64,000 nucleotides of DNA from an uncultured Flavobacteriales bacterium (GTDB taxonomy: Bacteria > Bacteroidota > Bacteroidia > Flavobacteriales_D > Crocinitomicaceae), in NCBI GenBank assembly GCA_963977135.1, contig CAXBNN010000009.1:6771-70770 (forward strand), read 5' to 3'. The notes under the pieces were generated by a model. The model made no database searches and was not told the origin of the DNA. It worked only from the letters and a program-made list of their open reading frames with translations. Of the stretch, positions 1 through 8,170 are shown in pieces (position 1 is the stretch's first letter; each line of letters starts with the position of its first letter). The position numbers and the translations under genes are program-made.

Positions 1-335
1 CGAACATATTTGCCAAAATGAAAATCGGTATGAAACATGATTCTTTGAGAATAAAAATTTTCATCTTCAGCATCTTCAGAACTCCAGTTTTTATTATCGC
101 TATATTCCCAACGAGGGCGAAATTCGCCTCCCAAACTTAAATAAATAGATTTGCTTTTATTGAGTGGAATAGCTTTTAGTTTGTTTAGAAAAAAAGCATT
201 GCGAAGTGTATCGTTTTTTAATAAAGAACTATAATCCTCTTCGGCTCTTAATGGCTTTATAGAGGGCAATTCTTGCGCTTTCCCATGCAGCGCAATTAGA
301 AAAAGCATGAATGTGAAAAAGATGTTTTTTATCAT
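1..335 (-). CDS. outer-membrane beta-barrel, alginate-export-like family (N-terminal 111 codons; the gene runs off the left edge)
   Basis: Absent from the ORF track because no stop lies in the window. My reverse translation from ATG (335-333) gives MIKNIFFTFMLFLIALHGKAQELPSIKPLRAEEDYSSLLKND...SLGGEFRPRWEYSDNKNW...RIMFHTDFHFGKYV with no stop down to position 1. It has a signal peptide and the LRxEEDYS / GGExRxRxEY pattern I associate with alginate-export-type porins. ATGA overlap with the stop of ORF 332..1126. Confidence 0.5.
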   Translation of the reverse strand, partial: MIKNIFFTFMLFLIALHGKAQELPSIKPLRAEEDYSSLLKNDTLRNAFFLNKLKAIPLNKSKSIYLSLGGEFRPRWEYSDNKNWSSEDAEDENFYSQRIMFHTDFHFGKYV

Positions 336-1126
336 TTAATAATGAAATTTAAAGTTAAATTTCCTTTGTTTTTTGGGTTGAAATCTGATGGTTTATGGTC
401 AAAAACTTGATTTACTGAATTGGCAGCAATATCTTCTAAACTTGGATGTACAAGGATTTGGTAACTCCCTTTTTTCCAATTTTTATTTGGTTTAAAAGTA
501 TATTTTTGTTCGTTGTTTGTTAATGAAATTAAGCCGTGTATTTCTTTATCATTTTTAAAAACTTTTATTAAAGTTTGTGCAGAAATATGGTCTATTTTAT
601 CTTTAAAATCGATGGTAATGACATCCTTTGTGTTGACTTTTGGCAATGTTAATTGCCAAAATTTTGTATCAGGAGCTATTATGTCTTCTTGTACAGCTAT
701 AAAAGATTTAATAAAATTTTCTTTTAATTGTTGGTCGTTAAAATCAAGCAATAAACTATCAATGGTCAAGGTGTATCTTTTGCCTACATCAAAAGCTCTA
801 CCCATTTTATTGTTTGCTAAAAGCCCTAATTTTACTCTACCAGGGTCTACTATTAGAGTAACTTCTGTTCGGTTTTCATTCCACAATTCGTACTGATTTT
901 CAAAAAATACACCAGTAATGTTTTCACCTTCATCGTTACTTAATTTTATATGCTTTAAAATATCCATTTCTTGCATTGGAGCAGAAAATTGAATATAAAA
1001 TCGAAGAATGTTTACAGGAATACTGTCAGTTGTTGGATAAATTGCAATGATTTTAGGATTGTTTTCTTGTCCAAAAACAACAGTTATGGATTGTAATAAG
1101 AAAAAGCCACAAATAAGTTTTTTCAT
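332..1126 (-). CDS. secreted protein with Ig-like (SbsA/Big_5-like) N-terminal domain, function unknown
   Basis: 264-aa ORF with signal peptide MKKLICGFFLLQSITVVFGQ. The IYPTTDSIPVNILRFYIQFSAPM motif resembles bacterial Ig-like surface domains. Translationally coupled to the downstream porin-like gene. Confidence 0.45.
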   Translation of the reverse strand: MKKLICGFFLLQSITVVFGQENNPKIIAIYPTTDSIPVNILRFYIQFSAPMQEMDILKHIKLSNDEGENITGVFFENQYELWNENRTEVTLIVDPGRVKLGLLANNKMGRAFDVGKRYTLTIDSLLLDFNDQQLKENFIKSFIAVQEDIIAPDTKFWQLTLPKVNTKDVITIDFKDKIDHISAQTLIKVFKNDKEIHGLISLTNNEQKYTFKPNKNWKKGSYQILVHPSLEDIAANSVNQVFDHKPSDFNPKNKGNLTLNFIIK

Positions 1127-1132
1127 AAAAAA

Positions 1133-1711
1133 TTATTTTTTTCGTTCTATTCTGGTGTCAGGTAAAAACCAAACTGAAGCAACGCACATAAAACAGATAA
1201 TCGCTATATAAGTGTTGATATATGCAAAACCAATCCCAATAATATAAATAGCAAGTGAAGCATATTCTTTTTTGTGTGAACCAATCATTTGATGAATTGG
1301 AGATGCTTTTTCATGATTTTTCAGAATTAGTGTTTTTAATATTAGGAAGCTTATAGCACTCATAAGAAATACGAATCCGTAAAGAGCAACAGGCACAGAT
1401 TCTATGTGATTTTCTCCTATCCATGAGGTAGTAAAAGGGATTAATGAAAGCCAAAATAGAAGATGTAAATTGGCCCAAAGTATTTTTCCATTTACCGTTT
1501 CGGTAATTTGAAAGAGGTGATGATGACTATTCCAATAAATTGCTATGTATACAAAGCTTACTAAATAGCTAATAAAAATCGGTGTAATTGAAATTAACCC
1601 TGCTAAATTAGTTTCTTCAGGCGGTTTTAATTCCAATACCATAATGGTAATAATTATGGCTAAAACGCCATCGCTGAATGCCTCTAATCTTGATGATTTC
1701 ATTATAGCCAT
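1133..1711 (-). CDS. TMEM175-family (DUF1211) potassium channel
   Basis: 192 aa with about 6 TM segments. The N-terminal signature RLEAFSDGVLAIIITIMVLEL matches the RxxxFSD helix-1 motif of TMEM175 channels. Confidence 0.8.
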   Translation of the reverse strand: MAIMKSSRLEAFSDGVLAIIITIMVLELKPPEETNLAGLISITPIFISYLVSFVYIAIYWNSHHHLFQITETVNGKILWANLHLLFWLSLIPFTTSWIGENHIESVPVALYGFVFLMSAISFLILKTLILKNHEKASPIHQMIGSHKKEYASLAIYIIGIGFAYINTYIAIICFMCVASVWFLPDTRIERKK

Positions 1712-1751
1712 AATTAAAAGCAGTTACACAATAGAGTTGTGTAACTGCTTT
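1711..1751 (-). terminator. rho-independent terminator (15-bp perfect stem) after ORF 1766..2995
   Basis: aaagcagttacacaa (1717-1731) pairs perfectly with ttgtgtaactgcttt (1737-1751) around a 5-nt loop. On the minus strand it is followed by a U-rich tract (ttttaatta). Confidence 0.6.
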
Positions 1752-1765
1752 ATAAATTATTTGTC

Positions 1766-2995
1766 TTACTTTTTAATAAATTTGTCTTTCCCCAAATCTT
1801 TAATCATCATATTTTGACCTTCTTTCATTGGTAGTTGTTGTCCTTCGTATTTATAGGTAGGCATGTCATATTCCGAAACAAATTCATCTAATCGCAAATA
1901 CATATTTTTTAAGAAAGAAATCAATTCCAAACTACCGGTTTCGTCATTACGTCTTAATGCAGTAATGTGATACCCGTCTTGGTCGTCCATCTGCAACAAA
2001 CCTACCATCGGCAGATTGCTTATAGGTGTGCCTGTATGTTCTGTCATTCCTATATAGCTTACGCCTTCTTCTGTTGCACTTTTACTAATATCATTGATAT
2101 TTATAAACTGTGCAGTACGGTTTCTATTGGCTAAAATAATACCTTCGTAAGGTTTTTTATCATACCCTTCCGATTGGAATTTAATAATATCAACAGGTGT
2201 ATTTCCATATCCTAATTCGGCAATAGTTTTGCCTACAATATGTGCTCCATCTATAATTTCCTTTACAGGAATTAATACCAAAGGCGTACATGTATAAGCA
2301 GCCAAAATGTACTCTTCGTTGTTTAAGGTTACGAATTGCAAAGTTTGAATAGGCGCTCTAGTTTCATTTTGACCGTGAACAGCATGAAAAATCTCAGTGG
2401 AAGAAGTTATTACTTTTGCATTGGTAAATGGATAATCTACCATCCGCAAAGCCGATGAAAATTCCGCATTGGACATACCGCTGATATACACTTTACCGTT
2501 GTGAAAATCTATGTCGGTAAAGGTCATAGAACGCAAAGAAGTTTTGTCCCAAATTTTCAAATCGCTTGTTGGGGCATCGCTTATTTTAGTTTCAGTGTGT
2601 TTTGTAGCATCTAAATCAAACTTACGAATCGTTCCTGCTTGATTTACTACAATAATTTGAGACACATAACCTTTTTTGGTTTTGGTATCAAACGCAATAT
2701 AAGCTTCCTTTGAATCCGGATTTATTGCCATATCTCTAACGATAATGTCCATTACTCCTACTTTTGAAAAAGCGGCAATTTTGTTACTTAAATCATGGAT
2801 GTTGTACGCTTTTTGAGCTTCAGTGTTGTTGCTAGAAGCCACTGTGTAAGCATAAAGTGTAGCCGATTTGCTGTCGCCTACAAATAAAGTATTGGCATCG
2901 CCAAATTTTATTACAGTAACGGATTGTGGTGTAGTGGCAAATGCCAAACCAGTTGTAAGCAGTAAGCCTGCTAATGCTATAGATTTTACTTTCAT
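1766..2995 (-). CDS. secreted hypothetical protein
   Basis: 409-aa ORF with signal peptide MKVKSIALAGLLLTTGLAFA. No motif that I can name. Confidence 0.5.
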   Translation of the reverse strand: MKVKSIALAGLLLTTGLAFATTPQSVTVIKFGDANTLFVGDSKSATLYAYTVASSNNTEAQKAYNIHDLSNKIAAFSKVGVMDIIVRDMAINPDSKEAYIAFDTKTKKGYVSQIIVVNQAGTIRKFDLDATKHTETKISDAPTSDLKIWDKTSLRSMTFTDIDFHNGKVYISGMSNAEFSSALRMVDYPFTNAKVITSSTEIFHAVHGQNETRAPIQTLQFVTLNNEEYILAAYTCTPLVLIPVKEIIDGAHIVGKTIAELGYGNTPVDIIKFQSEGYDKKPYEGIILANRNRTAQFININDISKSATEEGVSYIGMTEHTGTPISNLPMVGLLQMDDQDGYHITALRRNDETGSLELISFLKNMYLRLDEFVSEYDMPTYKYEGQQLPMKEGQNMMIKDLGKDKFIKK

Positions 2996-3075
2996 GTTTT
3001 TGAATTTTTATTTATACAAAAATCAGTACTAATAAATGCCTATGCATTCATGTAGATTAACAAATCACAGAATTG

Positions 3076-3582
3076 TTATTTTTTTCCGGCTATTTTTCCT
3101 CGAATAGTACTTAAAGCTTGTGGAGTAATACCTAAATAGGAGGCAATCATTTTCTGTGGAACTCTCTGAACGATGTCTGGGTAAATTTCAAGGAAGTGAT
3201 TATAACGTTCGATCGCGGACGCACTCATTAGCATGATAATTCGTTTCTGAAGCACACTAATACGTTTGTGTAACTTATGTACATCACTTTTCGGGGGTGA
3301 GCTTTTCGAAATTGGGACAACTACAGAATCTTCCAAGGCATCAATAAACAACTCACCTTTTTCTCCTGGTGCTACGTTGTCTCCGACTATCCAGCCTTCG
3401 GAACCAAACATGAAGATGTGTTCTTTACCTTTTTCATCAATGGTGTAACTTCTTAGTAATCCTTTTTTTACAAGGAATACAGAAGTGCTCAATACTCCTG
3501 TTTTCTGGAGAAATTCGCCTTTCTTAACTTGCTTGATTTTCTCTTCTGAGTCAAGACTTAATATTTCGTTAATGTTTTCCAT
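3076..3582 (-). CDS. Crp/Fnr-family transcriptional regulator (cNMP-binding domain plus C-terminal HTH)
   Basis: 168 aa. Beta-roll pattern FLVKKGLLRSYTIDEKGKEHIFMFGSEGWIVGD and C-terminal HTH QKMIASYLGITPQALSTIRGKI. Confidence 0.8.
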   Translation of the reverse strand: MENINEILSLDSEEKIKQVKKGEFLQKTGVLSTSVFLVKKGLLRSYTIDEKGKEHIFMFGSEGWIVGDNVAPGEKGELFIDALEDSVVVPISKSSPPKSDVHKLHKRISVLQKRIIMLMSASAIERYNHFLEIYPDIVQRVPQKMIASYLGITPQALSTIRGKIAGKK

Positions 3583-3661
3583 TCTCTATTAATGCACGCC
3601 AACTGTTAGGCTAAAATAAGCAAAAACGGTTTGGGTTGGTTAGGTTTGTGTTTTTTTAGTG

Positions 3662-3811
3662 ATTGTTAGGCTTCGTTTTTTCTTTTCTAAAGTAATCGTA
3701 AATCATTTAATCCTCTTGAATACTGGGCATCAATCTTTAGGATGGGAATTTCTCTAAAGTAATTTTAAATCCAAATCTTAATAATTTCATTTTTCAATGA
3801 AGCCTAACAAT
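3662..3811. repeat. 13-bp perfect inverted repeat pair (attgttaggcttc / gaagcctaacaat) bracketing a 124-bp AT-rich segment
   Basis: Left arm 3662-3674, right arm 3799-3811. A third direct near-copy (actgttaggct) lies at 3602-3612. Internal direct repeat tctaaagtaat..taaatc at about 3686-3705 and about 3753-3772. Confidence 0.6.
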
Positions 3812-3812
3812 T

Positions 3813-3838
3813 GGATAATCCATATATGTGGATTATCC
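3813..3838. promoter_or_regulatory. perfect palindrome ggataatcca-tatatg-tggattatcc (10-bp arms, 6-bp spacer); candidate recombinase core site or terminator of the integrase gene
   Basis: Read directly from the sequence. It lies 15 bp downstream of the integrase stop (3853). The geometry matches the two-arm plus 6-8 bp spacer core sites of tyrosine recombinases. Confidence 0.4.
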
Positions 3839-3852
3839 CCATTGTATATTAG

Positions 3853-4992
3853 TTACGAATCTAGCGGATTTTTTATAATTGCAAAAGTATTTGTTGCAAC
3901 ATGAGTATAAATTTCAGTCGTTTTACTGGATTTATGTCCCAATAGAGTTTGTATATAGCGTAAATCCGTTCCAGATTCTAGTAGGTGAGTGGCAAAACTA
4001 TGTCGCAACATGTGCGGATTAACACGTTTATGAATTCCTACTATTCGAGATGCTTTGGTAAGTATTGCAGAAACACTCGTAGTGCTGTATTTATTGCCAT
4101 CTGGCGACTCAAATAACCAATTTTTCGGTCTGTGTTTTTTATAGTAAACCCGTAAATCAAGTAATACTTTTTCAGACAATATAGTCAGTCGATCTCGATT
4201 TCCTTTTCCTTGGTTCACACGAACCAACATGCGTTTGCTATCAATATCTTCAGGTTTCAAGTTCAATAGCTCACCGATGCGCAAACCTGAAGAATACATT
4301 AAACTCAATAAGCACTTGTGTTTAATAGTGGAAGTTGCTTCAATAATATCTTTTACTTCTTGCTTAGCCAATACTTTGGGTAAAGTGTGTTCCTTTATAG
4401 GTCGATCTATACTGTAAAACCGATTCGGCATTCCCTTTACAACTTCATAATAAAATTTTATACTGTTGATCATTAGATTGACATAGGAATTAGACTTCTT
4501 TTCTTGAATCAATTTTTGTAAATACAGCTCCACGTCCTGTTCGTTGATCCGCATCAAGTCGGTTTCCTTTTGCGCATTGATGAATTTCTCAAAACATTGC
4601 ACATACGTTTTTACCGTATTGTTGGCGTATCGTTTCAACTCCAGTTTCAACAAATATTCCTCTGGACAAGTCCTATAGCCTGGGGTTATGATGCGTTTTC
4701 TAAACCAATCTACATTTATTTCTTCGTTCTCTTTATTAATTCTACTCTTAGAAAATAAATAGTTGCTATTTATCCACGCAATGCCGCGAAATTTCTGATA
4801 AATCAAGTTTAAATTTCCTTTCGTATTGGGTACATACGCCATCCCAAACTCCTTGCTCCACTTGATGTTGGGCAATTCTTTCAACAACGCTTGAACAACT
4901 TTATCCGGATGAAACTGTAAGCCAATATACTTCTGTTCTGCAATTAACAAATGCTTCAACGTGATTGATTTTTTATAGTCCATTTTGCTCAT
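3853..4992 (-). CDS. tyrosine-type site-specific recombinase/integrase
   Basis: 379 aa. C-terminal catalytic region GLRIGELLNLK...HMLRHSFATHLLESGTDLRYIQTLLGHKSSKTTEIYTHV carries the R..HxxR..Y signature. SAM-like N-terminal core-binding domain (YANNTVKTYVQCFEKF). Confidence 0.9.
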   Translation of the reverse strand: MSKMDYKKSITLKHLLIAEQKYIGLQFHPDKVVQALLKELPNIKWSKEFGMAYVPNTKGNLNLIYQKFRGIAWINSNYLFSKSRINKENEEINVDWFRKRIITPGYRTCPEEYLLKLELKRYANNTVKTYVQCFEKFINAQKETDLMRINEQDVELYLQKLIQEKKSNSYVNLMINSIKFYYEVVKGMPNRFYSIDRPIKEHTLPKVLAKQEVKDIIEATSTIKHKCLLSLMYSSGLRIGELLNLKPEDIDSKRMLVRVNQGKGNRDRLTILSEKVLLDLRVYYKKHRPKNWLFESPDGNKYSTTSVSAILTKASRIVGIHKRVNPHMLRHSFATHLLESGTDLRYIQTLLGHKSSKTTEIYTHVATNTFAIIKNPLDS

Positions 4993-5076
4993 TTTTCAAC
5001 AAAAGAACCCCAAATCAAACCTACTTCACAAATTTAACCGTAGATTTAAACGTTTAATTCGACGGTTAAAATTTCA

Positions 5077-5110
5077 TTTCGTGCTCATTCGTGCATTAGT
5101 GGCAAAAAAA
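5077..5110 (+). repeat. copy of the ttcgtg...attcgtgcattNgtggcaaaa repeat family (see 43495-43619 and 44071-44103)
   Basis: tttcgtgctcattcgtgcattagtggcaaaaaaaa. The 21-nt core attcgtgcattagtggcaaaa differs by 1 nt from the copies at 43.6 and 44.1 kb. It abuts the ATG at 5113. Confidence 0.7.
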
Positions 5111-5112
5111 AT

Positions 5113-5493
5113 ATGACTGAAAATAAAACTTGTTTAAACTGCCAAAAACCCATAGAAGGAAGAGTAGGCAAGAAATACTGCGATGCTTATTGCAAGTCCA
5201 ACCATTTCTACGAAAAAAACAAAACGAAAGACCAGTCCTTTTTCAAATCCATAGACTTACAACTCAAGAAAAACAGAAGAATTTTAAAAGAGTATAACAA
5301 GGCAGGAAAAGCTACCGTTCGAGAAGAAATTTTATTGGCGGAAGGATTTAACCCAAAATTTTTCACTCATTTTTGGCGCAACTCCGAAGGAAAGGCATAT
5401 ATCTTTTGCTATGAATACGGCTTCATGAAAATAACGGAAAACGATAAAACGAAATATTCTCTTGTGACTTGGCAAAACTACATGAATAGATAA
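5113..5493 (+). CDS. small Zn-ribbon protein, function unknown
   Basis: 126 aa. N-terminal CLNCQKPIEGRVGKKYCDAYC (CxxC...CxxxC). Divergent from the integrase. Confidence 0.5.
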   Translation: MTENKTCLNCQKPIEGRVGKKYCDAYCKSNHFYEKNKTKDQSFFKSIDLQLKKNRRILKEYNKAGKATVREEILLAEGFNPKFFTHFWRNSEGKAYIFCYEYGFMKITENDKTKYSLVTWQNYMNR

Positions 5494-5514
5494 ATTCAAT
5501 TTGAAATTGAACAA

Positions 5515-6183
5515 TCATAAATCCACCAAGCGAAAAATATAACTCCATTCTCCAAGTTTCTTCTCCTTGTGAACTTTCTTAAAAACAATTTTCTGCTCAA
5601 TTGCTAGTTCCTTGATTTTCTCAATTTCACAATCTTGAGAAAGGATAAGAAAAGTTTGGTTTTCGGTAAGCACAGCTTTTTCGTGTAATTGCGCAAACAA
5701 ACGAGTAAAATACTCAAAGTTTGCACCACAGTAAAAAGCACTTTCAGTTGAATTTTCAGGATCCTTTGGGTAGTAAGGAGGATTGATTAATATAAAATCA
5801 AAATCGGAAGCTTGGAGATTTTCAAAAAGGTCGGAGCTAAGGACCGTAATAGGAATTTTTGTTTGTAAGCTGTTCTTTTTCAATCCTGCAATTGCCATTG
5901 GATTAATGTCACTAGCCGTTACAATTGCTTTTTTGTATTTCGCTGCGTAAAAAGAAATCATCCCACTTCCAGCCCCTAATTCCAGCACTTTTTTTCCTTC
6001 AAAATCAAACTTTTGAATGAATTCTATAAAAATATTTGTAGAAAGGAATAGTCCAGGATGAAAAACCGAAGGTTGAATTACCAAATCAATTCCGTATTTG
6101 GAATAGTTGCGCGCACGACTGGAACGAAAAGCATAAATCCTTTTCAGAATTGGAAACAACAGTGATTTGATAATTTTTCTCAC
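5515..6183 (-). CDS. class I SAM-dependent methyltransferase, HemK/MTS-like (NPPY type)
   Basis: 222 aa. Motif I VLELGAGSGMISFYAA and motif IV ILINPPYYP. Confidence 0.8.
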   Translation of the reverse strand: MRKIIKSLLFPILKRIYAFRSSRARNYSKYGIDLVIQPSVFHPGLFLSTNIFIEFIQKFDFEGKKVLELGAGSGMISFYAAKYKKAIVTASDINPMAIAGLKKNSLQTKIPITVLSSDLFENLQASDFDFILINPPYYPKDPENSTESAFYCGANFEYFTRLFAQLHEKAVLTENQTFLILSQDCEIEKIKELAIEQKIVFKKVHKEKKLGEWSYIFRLVDL

Positions 6184-6213
6184 AACTTAAAAATGAAATT
6201 AGTTGACCAATCT

Positions 6214-6221
6214 CAAACTTA
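6214..6221 (-). promoter_or_regulatory. candidate Bacteroidota -7 box (TAagTTTG on the minus strand) for the 5515..6183 methyltransferase
   Basis: The plus strand reads caaactta, 31 bp upstream of the start codon. This is a motif match only. Confidence 0.3.
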
Positions 6222-6564
6222 CCATAAAAATTAAAAGGATACGTCTCTTTCGAGGTCGAGATTTTATATTAAACTCCGTTGGCCTTGATGAACAGGGTTT
6301 TGGAACCGAACTGAAAATGGTGACTTTTGGAGGTAGCTTCGCAGAGTAACGAAGAAGATCACCGATAAAATCCCATTTTTAGGAGTTTTCAAAATGAAGT
6401 GACAAAATCGAGAATTTTATTAAAGTAAAAGCTACACTTCAACTGTTTATCAAAGCCTTGATTTTTTGGTTCTTTTTGTATCAAGACAAAGAACAAAGAG
6501 AATATTTTTGATTGTATGAATTTAATAGATGAGAGAATATTTTTTGTAATCTACATTTTCAAAA

Positions 6565-8076
6565 TTACTCTGAATAAAACCCTTGCTCTTCCGGTTGACG
6601 ATAGCGCCATAATTTATGCAAAGCTTTTATTTCATAGGGAAAAGCATAGATGCCAGAATGATAGCGCCAAGAGGAAACAGCTTTAAGTACCCTACGTTTG
6701 AATGGTGTAATTTTGAAGTCCGTTTGCGTCGGTGAAAAAGCATTCAAAACCGTTTCAAAATTTTTAATGGTGTCGATATGCTTTTTAGTCAGCCAAGGCG
6801 TGAGTGGGTTTTTGCGCAAATCAAAACGCTCCCAAGCTGGGCTTAACCAATCTTCTAAATGTTGTGGGAACTGAAAACCGTGTTCTTGAATTTTCTCATA
6901 CAATTCACTTCCTTCCGTCGGGACTGGACTGTAAACGTATATGATGATTTCGGTATTTGGATTGAGTTTTTTTATTGTTTTTATAAATTGAATATCGTCG
7001 TTGATTTGCTTTGTAACTTTCGCTGGATCATCGTTGGGCATTCCGAGTACAAAACTATATTCTGGAATGATGCCTATTTTCCCCAAACGAGTTGCAAATT
7101 CTTTGATCTGTTTACTGGTTTGCGTTCCGCCTTTGTCCATTTGCTTAAGGACTTCATCATTTCCAGTTTCGGCACCGAGGAAAATCATTTTTAGTCCTGC
7201 TTTTTTCATCAATAGCAAATCGTCATCAGAGTATTTGTTGATGGTATCAATTCGACCTTCTCCCCACCAAGAAATATTGTAGGGCATTACTTTTTCCGCA
7301 AATTCAACCACTCTTTTGCGAGAAGTAAAGAAATTATTGTCGTGAAATTCTACAGCATCAATTCCATATTTTTCTGAGAATAATCGAATGTCGTCTACGA
7401 TTCTATCGGCCGGTAATCCTTTCCATTTGGCATTGTAAATAGGAACTACTGCACAAAAAGAACAAGTAAATGGACAACCAAAACTGGAATGATAAGAAAA
7501 AGTTTTTCTCCCCATAAAAGTCTTGGCCAAGTAGTTTTTTACTGGATAGGTTTCGTCTAATTTCTGATAAGGAAAAGGAGGCAAGGTTTCCATTTCTGGA
7601 AGTGCTGCTTTCTTGGTTTTTACATATTCATTTCCCGACTTAAAAATTAGATTGGGAATATCTTTCAGTTCCATTTTTGTTTTTCCTTCAAGATGGTCAA
7701 GAAGTGATGGAAAAGCTTCGTCACCAGGACCGTTAATGACGTAGTTGACAAAGCCAGAATCAAGTGCAACTTGGTATTGATTCGAAGCAAAATATCCTCC
7801 CCAAACAACGTGTGTTTTCGGGTATTTTTCTTTTATAATTTTTGAAAAGGGAATAGCTTGTTGCAATTGAGGTCCAGGCATTACGGTCACGCCAAAGAAA
7901 TCAATATCTCCTTTATCAAAATAGGACTCGATTTTCGCTAGTGGATCTTTCTCTAAGTTGCCATCAACGAAAATATAATCGTGTTTCCCTTCAATAGAAC
8001 CTCCCACTTGCAAAATGGAATTCGGAATACGGTGTTTGGCATCTGCACTCCTAGGATTAAAAAGAATTCCTTTCAT
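6565..8076 (-). CDS. B12-binding-domain radical SAM protein (class B rSAM), paralogue A
   Basis: 503 aa. N-terminal Rossmann-like segment HVVWGGYFASNQ...INGPGDEAF. Cluster motif FGCPFTCSFCAV (CxxxCxxC). Long C-terminal extension. Confidence 0.85.
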   Translation of the reverse strand: MKGILFNPRSADAKHRIPNSILQVGGSIEGKHDYIFVDGNLEKDPLAKIESYFDKGDIDFFGVTVMPGPQLQQAIPFSKIIKEKYPKTHVVWGGYFASNQYQVALDSGFVNYVINGPGDEAFPSLLDHLEGKTKMELKDIPNLIFKSGNEYVKTKKAALPEMETLPPFPYQKLDETYPVKNYLAKTFMGRKTFSYHSSFGCPFTCSFCAVVPIYNAKWKGLPADRIVDDIRLFSEKYGIDAVEFHDNNFFTSRKRVVEFAEKVMPYNISWWGEGRIDTINKYSDDDLLLMKKAGLKMIFLGAETGNDEVLKQMDKGGTQTSKQIKEFATRLGKIGIIPEYSFVLGMPNDDPAKVTKQINDDIQFIKTIKKLNPNTEIIIYVYSPVPTEGSELYEKIQEHGFQFPQHLEDWLSPAWERFDLRKNPLTPWLTKKHIDTIKNFETVLNAFSPTQTDFKITPFKRRVLKAVSSWRYHSGIYAFPYEIKALHKLWRYRQPEEQGFYSE

Positions 8077-8170
8077 TTTTGTTAGCTCAATTTCTAAAGA
8101 AGCTTAAAGATAGAAGATTCTTGACGTCTAGCAAATAATACAATTGTCAGTCGTTTGTGATAGAAAAGCA

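Noticed and set aside
513-896. Antisense or overlapping ORFs from the six-frame track that lie inside longer, motif-supported genes: 513..896, 3266..3448, 4229..4417, 6859..7282, 13171..13437, 18200..18511, 21896..22345, 23611..24015, 29901..30233, 31694..32053, 33597..33788, 41225..41542, 49000..49236, 49701..50252, 54595..54882, 60713..60916, 61589..61813, 62681..62932 and similar.
   Set aside because: Each is fully embedded opposite to, or out of frame with, a long ORF that carries recognisable family motifs. Their translations are low-complexity, Cys/Phe/Ser-rich reverse-frame artefacts typical of AT-rich genomes, with no independent signal.
5496-5512. Near-palindrome ttcaattt-g-aaattgaa between convergent genes 5113..5493 and 5515..6183.
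   Set aside because: The 8-bp AT-only arms have a 1-nt loop, which cannot form a stable hairpin. This is likely chance in AT-rich DNA.
3583-5514. Integrated prophage, ICE or genomic island marked by the integrase.
   Set aside because: Only a lone tyrosine recombinase and a 126-aa Zn-ribbon ORF are present. There is no flanking tRNA, no phage, conjugation or mobilisation genes, and no clear long direct repeats that would delimit an island in this window.
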